Positions 23,297 through 35,199 of a stretch of 64,000 nucleotides of DNA are shown piece by piece. The stretch covers positions 12,804,485 through 12,868,484 of the forward strand of contig NC_134027.1 in NCBI RefSeq assembly GCF_964204645.1, written 5' to 3'. A program made the translations under genes and the position numbers. This DNA comes from Tubulanus polymorphus (Eukaryota > Animalia > Nemertea). Every line of letters starts with the position of its first letter. Position 1 is the first letter of the stretch. Below the pieces are notes generated by a model. That model was not told the DNA's origin and searched no databases. It saw nothing but the letters and a program-made list of their open reading frames with translations.

Positions 23297-26200
23297 TTAA
23301 TAACCATAAGGTAATGTTTTTATTCCATCATCTAAAATATGCCTTTTATCATCAAATGGATTCAAACTAGTTTTTTCAACTTCATTAATGTACATCTCGT
23401 GATCTTCTGATCATAAACAATTCATTTTGTGTTTCATTACAATTGAGTTATATAAACACTTAATATAATCTTGAAATTCTATATGTTTATCAACCACGTG
23501 CTTTGTTATTCCTTTTAACTTTTTAGCTTCATGATCTTTTGTTCTATAACTGTACATTCTACTTCTTATCCCAACAAATTCAATCATTTCATCACCCCCT
23601 AATTCATCTTTAAACTTACCAGGAATCTTTTTATTATCATTACTAAATAGTTCATGATCTTTGGGATAATTGCTAAAATCAAAATAATGTTTTAATGTTT
23701 TTAAGTCTTTTGTTATATCATTTGTCTTGATTTTTAGTATGTACGCGTCCGGATTTTTTTTAGGATTAATGGGAACCCAGAATTGAATGTTCCATCATCT
23801 GTTGATAAATCATAAACATAATCTGTTGGGTTATATATTTCAAATAAATCATTAACTTCTTCTGTTAATTCTTTTTCTACACGCCTTAAATTAAAACAAT
23901 TTGGTTTAGATTTAATTAATTCAATATTCATATTAAGACCTAATGAATTGCATAATATATTTAACCCTGATATAGCAACTTTTCCGTTCTGTGCAAAGGT
24001 TATCTTTTTATCCTTTGTAATTTTTTTAGAGCCATCTGCAGCATAGAATCCAATGAAGAACCATTTTCTTAAATTATATTTTGCATTTAATACATAATCT
24101 GGAACTATCTTTTCTTTAGTTGAAGTATTACTTTTAACTATTGCATGAATATAGAATTCATCATTATATTTTGTAGCAAAATCTTTAGGATTATTTACAA
24201 ATATTCTATATAGCGCGAATGATTTCATATGATCCACGATTCTAAATATTTTATGTGAATAAACTTCTTCACAGAATTTCTTAATTCTTTCTAATAATTT
24301 CAAATCTTGATTGCATAAATACCAACGATATTGAGTGCGATTTACATATTTATACACACCTGCTGAACCATCTCCCATAAAAAATCCTTTGATAAAATAT
24401 TCTTTTTCTTCTAATGTTTCGGGTTCTATATTATAAATATTATCAATTACTTCATCAAATGACATATGATTCTTTCTTTGGAAAAATCTTTTATGTAATA
24501 ATTCATCTCCAATTTTTATATCAGTTGGTTTTATTTCATCACCATTTCGTTTAATTAAACTATGATCTTCTGTAACATCTACAAACCCTAATTTAGTTCT
24601 AACTCTATAGATTTTCTTATTTGTTTTATGCCTAATGATATTCTTTAATTTTTTCCATTTCTTGTCCAAACATCCATTAATTCATTTATTTGTATTAATT
24701 CTTTTTCACCATATGAAATATAACATTCATTTTGTTTTGGAATTATTTCTGAAATTCTTCTTACCAATATTTTATTATTACATTTTAATAATATTGGGGT
24801 GTCAGCTGTTACAGAATCAAAATATAAGATTTCTATACGTTTTTTCCCAAAAAGTGGTTGTAGAACATTATAATAAAAATCATACATTAATAATTTTGAT
24901 ACTTCTAAAACAGTTGAATCAATGAATATAGGTTTATTAAATTTCATCGTTCTTTTTAATTTAACTGCTGTTAAATAATCTTCAAATCTTTTATTTCCTA
25001 AATGTCTAGGACTTGATTGTAAATGTCTTAATCTACCAGAATTATTTACTAATTCAATATCACTTCTATTTCTATTATTTTCACATGTTTTACCATAAAA
25101 ACTACTATTCATTAATTTGAAGAAATCTTTTTCAAAATCTGTTTTTAATATGGTTCTCTGTTGAGTATTAAAATCTATATATTTTTCTAACCACTTCGAT
25201 TGATTAAACTCAATAAATCTATGTACTTCCTTTAATTTCATTCCTTGTTTTAGATACAATTTTAAAATTCTATAATGAACAATATAATTATATTTATTAT
25301 TTTGTGTAAGTATTAATTTTTCTGTAAAAACATGATCTTTCGGTTTTATTTTCTTCTGGTATTCACTTAAATAACTATCATCTACGGCTAAATGTTCTGG
25401 GCAATATGGTAAGTTTCTTGTTTTAAACTTTATGTTATCAGGATATTCTAAATCAACTACAAATAAATAACCAATTGGTGCTTCATCTTTTAAACTCGCA
25501 ATTGCGCTTTCCCAATCAGTTTTATCATCATTTTCAACTTCTGTTAATATAAAATTTTTGTGTTGTTGAGGTTGCATCATTGCCCAACCATATAAATTAT
25601 TGGCGTCAATATATAATAATTTATATTCATCATTTGCTTTAAAATGTCTATCTCCCATAACACCACTAATTCCACCTCTAATTGATTTTTCAAATAATAA
25701 AACCATGTCTGGTTCTTTTAATAAATCCAATTCTACATTTGTATATTTTAAACCACATTGCCAGGTTAAACCAGGACTTGAATAACAATAACAAGGATCA
25801 ACATTAAAATGATTCAAATTAACTTCCTTAAATTTTTCAAATATGTCAGCCAATATCATAACATCTGATTTTAAATACAAATCTACTAATTCACCATGAT
25901 TTTTTATCTTAAAGTGATTCCAAATATTTAATGTTCTATTAAAAACTTCATCTTTCACATACTCCTCTTTTAATTGATCATAAAATTGTTCTTTTAATAA
26001 TTCTGTTACATTAAAGTCATCATGTGTTTTGTTAAATGAATACGGAATTGCGCCTTTATATCTCAATAATTTAAAATCTTGTTCATTTGGGTAATAATGT
26101 CGAGTTATTATAAAATCATTATCAACTAAACTTTTTGCTAAATTATCTAATTAACTTGCTAGAAATCTATAAGAATCTAAAAATCTAATGCAACCAAATT

Positions 26201-26745
26201 GAAATGAAATGTAATTTTCAGATGTCTTAGCTAATAGTTTAAAATCATATTTTCTTACATTTGCGCCATTCATAGCATTATATTCTTCTATTTCTTGATT
26301 AATTGTGCCCAATTTTCCTGATAACTGTTTTATAAATAGATGGGTATCATAGCCCGATGAATTATGCAATAATATTGGTACGAAATTAACTTTCTTAGCT
26401 TGTAAATTACAATCTTCATGAGCAGCTCCACGATATTTTGAATTTAAATGATCGTGATCTCTAACTTTTTTATCAAATGAATGAAAACGTTTTTCACAGT
26501 TACAACAATGAGTTGAGTAATTAAAATCAATTTCATCTTCTTTTGTTATAACTATTCTTTTATTTTTGTTTAATAATTTTGCAAAATCACTTTCTAATTC
26601 AATTATTTTGTTACAAAAATTGTTAACTACATCTTGACCTCTAAAAGGAATATATTGACTTTGATATAATTCAGGATAATTTGATTTTTTATGTAAATTC
26701 CATAAGCAGCAGCTCTTTGATGAACTTTTTTAATTGTATAATTAT
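23297..26745 (-). pseudogene. Protein-primed PolB, copy B, interrupted by an intein; 5'-truncated, with stops and frameshifts
   Basis: HNSSGYD, YIDANNLYG, KLMNSSFYGKT, ILYFD|intein|(P)DAYILKIK..FDFSNYP..FKDELGG..PFDDKR. Confidence 0.92.
23753..24815 (-). mobile_element. Intein (~355 aa reconstructed) with LAGLIDADG homing endonuclease, inserted in PolB motif C
   Basis: Block A SVTADTPILL directly after YFD; block B VDVTEDHSL; LAGLIDADG motifs FIKGFFMGDGS and FFIGFYAADGS; block F YVYDLST; ends ..LILKN. Two frameshifts (~24655 and the A-run at 23754-23760). Confidence 0.92.
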
Positions 26746-28265
26746 ACTCTTTTTGCGCCATTCTACAATCCCGACTAAACCACCTATTATACGCTTGCTT
26801 TTTACGGCTACTGCTCTTCCTATGCTGCATAAGATTACACTCATCGGCACTTTCTAATAATGACGATACAAATTTATCATTAAGTTCATTTATACAGTCA
26901 GCTGTTTGCGTATCTGCATTCTGAAGCCCGTTCAACAGTAAATCGTTCAGGTTAGCGTTACACAATTTTGATTCAACGGTAGCAAAGAATTGATCTGATT
27001 TTTCTTTGTCCCATCTCACTGACGGGATCTCTTCCGTCCGCCCATTATAACATGCCCACATACAAACAGAGCGAGATAGCATTGTGTCCATCGGATAATA
27101 AAGGATCGAAAGGCATTATTTCAAATTTAGAAAAATAATTAAACAACTCAACATCACTCAAACAATAATCGATAACACTAGTGCCCTTAAAGGTATAATT
27201 ACCAGACTGGTCACTGCCACACCTGCCATTAAGAATGATTAGTGAATGATTGTTACACAAGTCAGTTAATTGATATCCGGTATTATTGGTTTTTTTGTCT
27301 TGGTTGTTTCTAGTAGTGGGGACACCTAGATTAGATGACAGCGCGAGTCAACAATAGAGTGTAAATTATGTTCGTCTATGATATGAATATCAGGTTCTAA
27401 TAAGTCAGGCAAACAAGAAGTGTGGGCATTAAAATCTCCAGTAATTAATACATTAATATCGTGTTCGACTCTTAATTGTAATAGTTCTAACTCGATTTCA
27501 CTAATTGCTCCTTCCGAATAGTAGCGACTATTTTCGGGGGGAATATAAACCACACCTAAAAGTATATGTTTGTCGTAATTAAATAAAGACTTATCTAATA
27601 GGTACCAAGATACATATTGACTGTCAGTCGAAATTGGTCTTATTTTAGATTGTAGAAGTTTCTTGTAAATGATGCCAACGCCACCAGAGCCTTTCTTCGA
27701 AAACCGTTTCCTATTTTTAAAATGACCTACATAAGAAGCGGGCAAACTACTGCTTAGATCACCATCTACATCATCTAGATGAGTTTCGGTCAAACATACA
27801 ATATCGTTACTGCAGATAAAATCTGAAAATTCCGGGATGTCAAGTTTGCTTGTCAAATCACACACATTAAGAGTAGATAAATTCATACCAACAGGATCAT
27901 CAATAATTACATTTTGCTCATCACAAGAATTGCAAGTTTCGCTATCTGACGTAATATTAAATCTTTGGCTATTTACAGGAACACATGAATCTAAACTTTC
28001 ACTTCCGCTATTTACATCTTGATATATGTGAATACTATTAACAAACTCTTCAACAAAACACCGCTTTCTCGACTGGAGCACCGCGCGATCTACGAACTCT
28101 AAGCAGAAGCCCTCCGCGACTTCCTAGGCGCTGTCCATAGCTGAACGATCATACGGATCACGAATAACTAGTTTGTCGCGGACGAAAAACGCACGCTTAC
28201 CACTGGCTTTCGCAGCCCGCAACTCTGGAAGTTTCTCGCGCCTGCGGGCTGCCCATTCCTCCGGG
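26746..28265 (-). mobile_element. Non-LTR retrotransposon (LINE) fragment: ORF1 C-terminus and APE endonuclease, truncated before RT
   Basis: RRREKLPEL..RAFFVRDKLVI; NVC..DIVCLTETH..GGVGI..VYIPP..GDFNAHT; LNGR..SVIDY..SDGH; WFSRDC. Confidence 0.85.
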
Positions 28266-28339
28266 ACACACAGCGCCACCCGTTGGTAGTAAAATTCACC
28301 CGAGCAATACGTACGGGTGTTAAATAGATACGCTAGCAA

Positions 28340-31300
28340 ACCGGCATTCTCATAATGCTTAGTGGGTGTTTTGTGTCGCTTCCGTCATGAGCTTATTGCA
28401 TTTACTGCGGACATAAAATGCATGTTTCATTAGGTCAGGGTGTCTGACAGAGATGTTCATGCACTCCGTTATCTCTGGTGGTCTGACGGAGATCTTGATT
28501 CGGATCCGGTAGATTATCGTAAGCTGGTACATATCTTTGGTGCGGTGTCGTCACCTAGCGTGTGTAATTTTGCTCTACACCGGACCGCCGAGGATAATAT
28601 CCACCTGTTCAGTAGTTTGGTTGTAAGGCCACACAAAGAAAAACCCTAGTTTCTCATCATATTGTTTTTCTGGAAAGTGACGAGGGCGGGCGGATTTTAT
28701 TAGGATTTTCTGACTTTCGTCGAAAACCCTCTTGAAATTCTGTTGATTATTATTATTATATATTTTCCGCCGATTTCGTCAAATAAAATTCATCTTCATT
28801 CAGATTCGGCAACTGACAGCTTCGAAACGAAATGTATAAATTGATACTGTAATAACGGTCTCTCTGAACCAACAGATTGTCTGAATGTACTTTCCATCCT
28901 ATTTGAAACTTAAAATTACTTATTAGGTTACTGTAAATAAAGAATTGAATTGAATTGTTAGACAACAAGCACCGGCGAAATAACAGTTTGTGACGTCATT
29001 TAGTAAGTAAATAAAGGAGGGCTCCAAGAATTTCCAAATCACGGGGACTATACTGGGGTTAGACCATTCAACCAAAAAGAGGATTGCTCCGATAATATCC
29101 AAATCATCTCATTTTATTTTTTCCATCGAATACCCGGTAATTAATTTTTCCTTACGATCACATGCATCCAGAAAAATCGCATCCGTTATCGCTGCTTTGC
29201 AGCTATATTTTTTATTGCTTTTTTAAAATAAAAAAGTTGATATAAAGAGCTCAACCTGACACTTATAGAACAGACGCGGGAGGGAACTTTTTTATATAAA
29301 ATCAGGCTCTATCGACTCATTTGATCGAAACTTAGACAATCATTTTTTGCTAGTTTCACGCTTCCTCGAAATTAAGTAAAAGGAAACGAGCCTGGCGCTG
29401 TTTTTGTCATCGTAAATGTGGATTACCAGTACGTGGAGGATGAGCTTATAAACGCCAGCAGAAAATAAACAATGCTGTATGCTATACAGCTATGCGGGCG
29501 AGTGGGTTTTAATTTTTATAAAAAGAGACGACTGATGCTTTGCCGACGCGGGCGAGCGCATTTGTGTTTTTAATTTTTATTAGGGACTTTTTTCATGACG
29601 CGGGCGGCGGCATTTGACTTTCTTGAGAAACTAGGTAACTGTGTAAGATGGGCTGCGGTTGGGATGATAAGTTACCCCACGAGTATGTAATTCCATTTGA
29701 AAATTGGAAGTCAGATTTACCTGATATTGTCAGGGTATCTATTCTAAGGTGTATCAAACCCCCCGGGTTCAAGGTTATTAATGCTCAGTTACATCATTTC
29801 GCCGATGCGTCTCAGGACGGCTACGGATTTGTTACTTATTTGCGGCTGCGCGACGATAACGATAAGGTTCATACAACGTTAGTAAACTCTAAATCTAGAG
29901 TTACTCCGCTTAAAGCGGCCAGGTTGGAGTTAGCTGCTGCAACCTTAGCGAGTGTCAAGCAGGTAGATTCTGAGAGTAAAGGTGACAATCATGTCATCGC
30001 TGACGATACCGGTTACATGTTATTAAATATGGCTAACAAATTCACTTCTTGGTATAAGCTTACGGCTGTTACCGCATGGGTCTTACGTTTCGTCAAAAAT
30101 CTGAAAGCGGCAGTGACCGCTAAACATGACAAAGGTGTACAAAGGTATACAGGGTTTATGACCGTTCCTGAGACCAGGCATGCATAGAAAGTATTACTGC
30201 AGGCTGTGTAATCAAAATATTACAGTTACGGAATGAAAATTCTTTCTGGCGTTTGCAGGAGGAAGACTTTGAAACAGGCTAGCCTATAAGCCCATAAAAA
30301 GGTTGGACCCGGTATTTGAAGATGGGTTACTTAGAGTTAAAGGTCGTCTTGCAAATTCCAATTTGCCTTACAGTAGTAAGCACCCTATAATCTTGCCAAA
30401 GGGCTCTTATGTTACTAGGTTGATAGTTACGTACTACCATAGGTATGTGGTTGGGCATTCTGGGCGGAATCATGTCTTGGCGGCTATTAAAGGGAAATTC
30501 TGGATAACGCGTGGTAACTCACTAGTGAGATCTGTCTTGCGTAGTTGTGTAGACTGTATTAAAGGACAAGGTGTGGTGCATGGTCAAAAGATGGCTAATT
30601 TACCCGCTGACAGGGTAACCCGATAAACCTCCATTCACTAATGTCGGTATAGATCTGTTCGGACCTTTTATGGTCAAAATCGGTCGCAGTCAGTTAAAAC
30701 AGTACGCTGTATCTTTACTTGTCTGGCTTGTCGTGCAATACATATTGAAGTTTTGCATAGTATGATACTCCTTCCTTTACAAACGGTTTGAGGGGATTTA
30801 TTGCCCGTAGAGGTTCAACGGAGTTGATCCGATGTGACAACGGCTCGAATTTTGTGGCGACTGAGAACTCAAGATTTGTATTTCAAATTGGAATCAACAG
30901 GAAGTGTCCAATTTCTTGCTACAGCGGGAAATAAATTGGAAGTTTAACCTGCCTGCTGATAGCCATTTTGGTGGCGTCTGGGAAAGATGCATCCGCACCA
31001 CAAGGAAAATACTGGGTGCTCTGCTGCGTCAGCAGACGTTGACTGATGAAAGTTTGCAGACGCTTATGTGCGAGGTTGAATGTGTTGTCAATAGCCGTCC
31101 GTTTACCCATGTTTCTGATAACAAAGATGATATACATGCTTTGACACCAAATCACCTCTTATTACTGCGCCCTGGTGGAACCTTGCCACTTGGTATGTTC
31201 ATAAATACAGATATATATGTGTGTCACAGATGGCGACAGGTACAATACTTAGCTAACATTTTTTGGCGCCGGTGGAATAAGGAATATCTGCCCCTCATGC

Positions 31301-31456
31301 AAGAACGTCAAAAATGGTTAAATCCCAGGAGAAATATAGTTACTGGTGATATTGTGTTAATCAAAGATGGTCCTGCTGCTAGGTGTAACTGGCCGTTAGG
31401 CAAAATAATTCAAGAGTTTCTTGGTAGTGACGGGTTAGTTAGAAGTGTATTATTAA
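28340..31456 (+). mobile_element. Second BEL/Pao pol fragment (RT part, RNase H, integrase); decayed and internally deleted
   Basis: ADIKCMFH, LRYLWW, HIFGAVSSP; HHFADASQDGYG; LRVKGRL..HPIILP..GHSGRNH; HFGGVWER; LTPNHLL; WPLGKI. Confidence 0.85.
28623..29636. mobile_element. Non-autonomous DNA-transposon-like insertion within the BEL fragment
   Basis: Non-coding block bounded by inverted CCTAGTTTCTCA / TGAGAAACTAGG; right end looks truncated. Confidence 0.55.
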
Positions 31457-32716
31457 CTAGGGGTCCAGGGACACCATGCCCACTTGGGAAGTGGTTTCAA
31501 ATGCTCAACTATCTAACAATTTCAATATTCAACGCCCCCTGGTGACCATATACAAAACCAATGACCTTGAAACTAACCACAATCATAGAACATGTCAGCA
31601 GCTACGATTTTCTAATTGACTGTGATAACAAAATATGCCTCGTTACCAATTTAATATGGAAATACTAAGTTATTCTACTATTCAATGCCCCCTGGTGACA
31701 ATATTCAAAACCCAATGTCCTTGAAACTCACCACAATCATTGAACATGTCATGAGCCAAGCTACAACTTTGCAATTGGTCATGGTAACAAAATATGCCTA
31801 GGTACCAATATAATAAGGAAATACTAAATTATTCTATTATTCAACGCCCCCTAGTGGCCATATAGAACAACTAATGTCCTTGAAACTCACCACAATCATA
31901 GACGATATCATGAGCTACAACTTTGCAATTGATTGTGTTAACAAAATATGCATTGGTACAAATATAATATAGAAATACTAAGATATTGTATTATTCAACG
32001 CCCCCTGGTGGCAATATACAAAAACCAATGACCTCGAAACTCACCACAATCATAGAACATGCTACAACTTTCTAATTCATTGTGGTAACAAAATATGCTT
32101 AGGTATCAATATAATGTCGAAAAACCTTTTCCCACCTACAAATGAGTACCGATGACACCAAGATGGCCGCCAATTGCGTCATAATTGGCTGATCAAAAAT
32201 ACCTAACCCAGGTATAAAACATCCCTTTTTTAAGAATAACCATCAGCAATTGCAATGAGAAATGACAAACCAGTAGGAAGCTACAGGACTCAGAATTCGG
32301 GTCAAAATTGACATTTTTGGGCACTTAAAAGGTCATAGGACGGCCATCTTGAGTCCGATCGACCCAATTCTTGTTATGCTGATGGGCCCTGGGGGGATTC
32401 AAGTATATACAAAAGATCAAGGTAATTGACCAAAGCGTCTTCAAAATTTCCCTCAAAAAGTTCAAAAACGTGTAAAAAGTGCTGATTTTGGCGATCAGCA
32501 ATGGCTGCCAGTCGGCCATCTTGATTCCTACAGGGCCAGTTTTAGGGCTAAAGATGTGTCTAGGGTAGATACATGTGTAACCCAAATATCAAGACATTAC
32601 AGTGAAGCGTCTTCAAAACTTCCCAAAATAACTGGATTCCGTCTACGGACGGACGGATGACCGACGAAAAGTGAACGCAATAGCCCGCTGGGACATAAGT
32701 CCCAAGTGGGCTAAAA
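31456..32716 (+). mobile_element. HINE-like (Helentron-associated) non-autonomous element with four ~155-bp internal repeats
   Basis: 5' GCCCACTTGGGA is complementary to 3' TCCCAAGTGGGC in a terminal hairpin; ACGG microsatellite at ~32645; second copy at 63047-64000. Confidence 0.75.
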
Positions 32717-33916
32717 AATCGGGACCAAAATAACACGAGACATTTGATGATACGACTAATTCGATGACCACTTATACGGGGTTGACTGTACTACTCATAT
32801 TGACCCCCGGCTGGTTTTTATTTTCATCATAAAAAGAAGGCCTGGCCGGCAGCATCTTATACCATTTTTGCTGTTAATTCATCTGACCTGGACGGGAATG
32901 AGAAACAAGGTATCATTTTTTTGGCCTAAAGACTTAGAACTACCTTTCTATTACAGAACAATTTGTACAACAGAGGGAGGACCTCCAGACCCCCTTTAAA
33001 AAATTCCTGGATCTGCCCCTGACAATGCACGTACCAGTACAAATCTGTGCATATTTTCATTTTGTGACTAAGCTGTTCAGTACAGACCTCCCAGCAATTT
33101 TTTCTCAAAATAGAGGAAATATAGGATAGGATATTTCCATACCTATTGTAGAGGATATACATTTTGTATAGAAAATTTCATGACAAAATACAGGGGAGAA
33201 AAAATGAATATTCTGAAGTGGAAAATTAAATTAATAATAATAACTAATAATACGGTACCATAGATCAAAATGAACGTGGTAAAATCAATCTTCTGATAGG
33301 AATTATCAAGTTTATTGAATTATTGAAAATCTTGGCATAAAGCAAGTATTCTGCAATTAAACAATGGTCAATTCAAAAATTTAGTTGTAAAGTTTTGGGA
33401 GCTTAGATTATACGTACATACCTCACATTTATCAACTAACACTTTGAATTCATAAAACCCAACACCATAAGTACAATTTTTGGGAAAATTGTAGGAAAAA
33501 TTGTCTGTATAGTAACAATGAGGTTTCAGTATTGAAAAAATTGTACGCAATTGAAGTATTGTGGCTCAAAAATGAAAAAAATCAATCATACCTCACACAC
33601 CTGAGCATAAGACATATAAAGTGATATCTACGTGTAATCACACATGAAATAAAGTCACTAAAACAAACGCACATTCGAAGCGATGGTCTTATTATCTCTT
33701 AAGAAAAAATTCCCAAAAATGGTACTTACGTCGACTAAGCTTATATCGCATCAGCCAGGAAGGCAACATCCATAGGATGGAAGCCCAATTCACTGTACCA
33801 TACGAAATAAATATTTCTTTGAGATGCAATGAATACATGACATAAGTGTTGTCTTTATGATCAGAGTTTTTAGATACATACATACGTAGCCAAATCTAGT
33901 TAACAAATATCTCTTA

Positions 33917-34054
33917 TCAGCAAACAAATGCATAAACAGTAGTGCCATCGAGAGAAAATACATTTTTAAAATTCGTTGATGAAAGCTCTTCTTGTTTATT
34001 TTTAGTTTTGTATAATAAAATCTTCTTTCCCGTTAATCCAAATATCACTGCAAC
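33917..34054 (-). CDS. IARS1: Isoleucyl-tRNA synthetase, cytosolic, last coding exon (VAVIFGLTGKK..TTVYAFVC*)
   Basis: AG acceptor, phase continuity, TGA stop; resembles the IARS1 C-terminus. Confidence 0.8.
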   Translation of the reverse strand, partial: VAVIFGLTGKKILLYKTKNKQEELSSTNFKNVFSLDGTTVYAFVC

Positions 34055-34158
34055 CTAAAAAATAATGATTAAAAGTCTGTGAGATACGTACAGTACAACA
34101 CACCAAATTTATTACAAAATTGTAATTACAATTGTTTATTACAATTTCATGTGCATAC

Positions 34159-34389
34159 CTGGAGGCACATTTCCTCGATATTGATTGGGAAATCGCCTTT
34201 CGGATTCTCTAGAAGGATTGTACCCAGATTACCATTGGCCCCATTCTGAGGTGCATCCTGAACTAATTCCACATTCACAAAGCGACAAAATGGTTTAGAA
34301 CCATTGCTACACATTTTCCCTGTAGTAATTGCTTTATCATTGTCTACATGTCCACGAACAATCGTCAATTCCAATTTGTCTCCTTTTAC
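34159..34389 (-). CDS. IARS1: IARS1 exon (VKGDKLELTIVRG..PFCRFVNV..GTILLENPKGD..)
   Basis: AG/GT boundaries; LLENPKGD motif of the C-terminal extension. Confidence 0.85.
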
Positions 34390-35199
34390 CTAAATGAAAC
34401 AAGACAACTAAATACATGAACCAGCCATTTGATTACTGAAATACAAAACTGACTAATGGAGAAGTAAATGTACTGATATGAAAAAAATATTCAACTTTCT
34501 TCAGTAACCATTACTTGAAAAACAAAGATTATAACATAGTTGACTGATATGAATGAATTTCGGTTCAGTGAAAAAATACATCAGTCTTAAATACTAAATA
34601 CAAAGGACACATGATCCCCATGAACCAAAGGACTCATGATCCTAATGACACCAAATCACAACTTGTCTAAGTTTTGGTGACAGGTCAGGGCTGGGCGGTG
34701 TTAAGTATGTCTCCAGCGTCCGGCCATCTGACAAAATGCTTGACAATCTTATAATTTCAATATATAAATATAGTTGCAAAGCAGTAATAATGGGTTTTCT
34801 ACATTGCAGGTTTAGAAAGCTAGTTAGCTTATGAAATATGGTTATTTTGGAGTAGCGCATATCATGAACACATAAAGTAGAGATTTCTATGTTTAGTCAA
34901 ACTCCCTTTGAGGATAATAAAGATACAATTCTTTTTCCTGGTAGTTGAAACTGGAATGAAATATCGCATATATGTGTGTATGTTGTTACATACCAAGCTT
35001 TGTGTTTTATATACAATACATCATAACAAGAACTAAATTTCTTAACATTCTAGCACATGCTCACCAAGGGCAAAAGTGTCCCTGGGATCAAAATACAATA
35101 TGTGAAATCGTAGGCAAATGAACAGATGAAAACCCCTGGACTGGAGCTTCTCTACTGATTTCATTAACTTGGGAAACACCCAGGAAGCTGTACTGAAGC

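Larger units (their letters stand above)
21670..26745. mobile_element. Polinton/Maverick copy B fragment (penton 5' end, ZnF/VLTF3-like gene, intein-containing PolB)
   Basis: Penton N-terminus is nearly identical to copy A (LKEYRIFVDSR..SHNLLVQLDREFKNCVDLKLVN); PolB is clearly paralogous to copy A. Confidence 0.9.

Noticed and set aside
23734-24669. Free-standing homing endonuclease gene or group I intron ORF
   Set aside because: It is flanked by intein blocks A/B and F/G and sits precisely within YFD|TD, so it is the frameshifted body of an intein.
26627-27091. 154-aa ORF as a novel LINE-PolB fusion protein
   Set aside because: Chance read-through across the LINE/PolB breakpoint; both parts are broken and the frame ends within ~40 codons.
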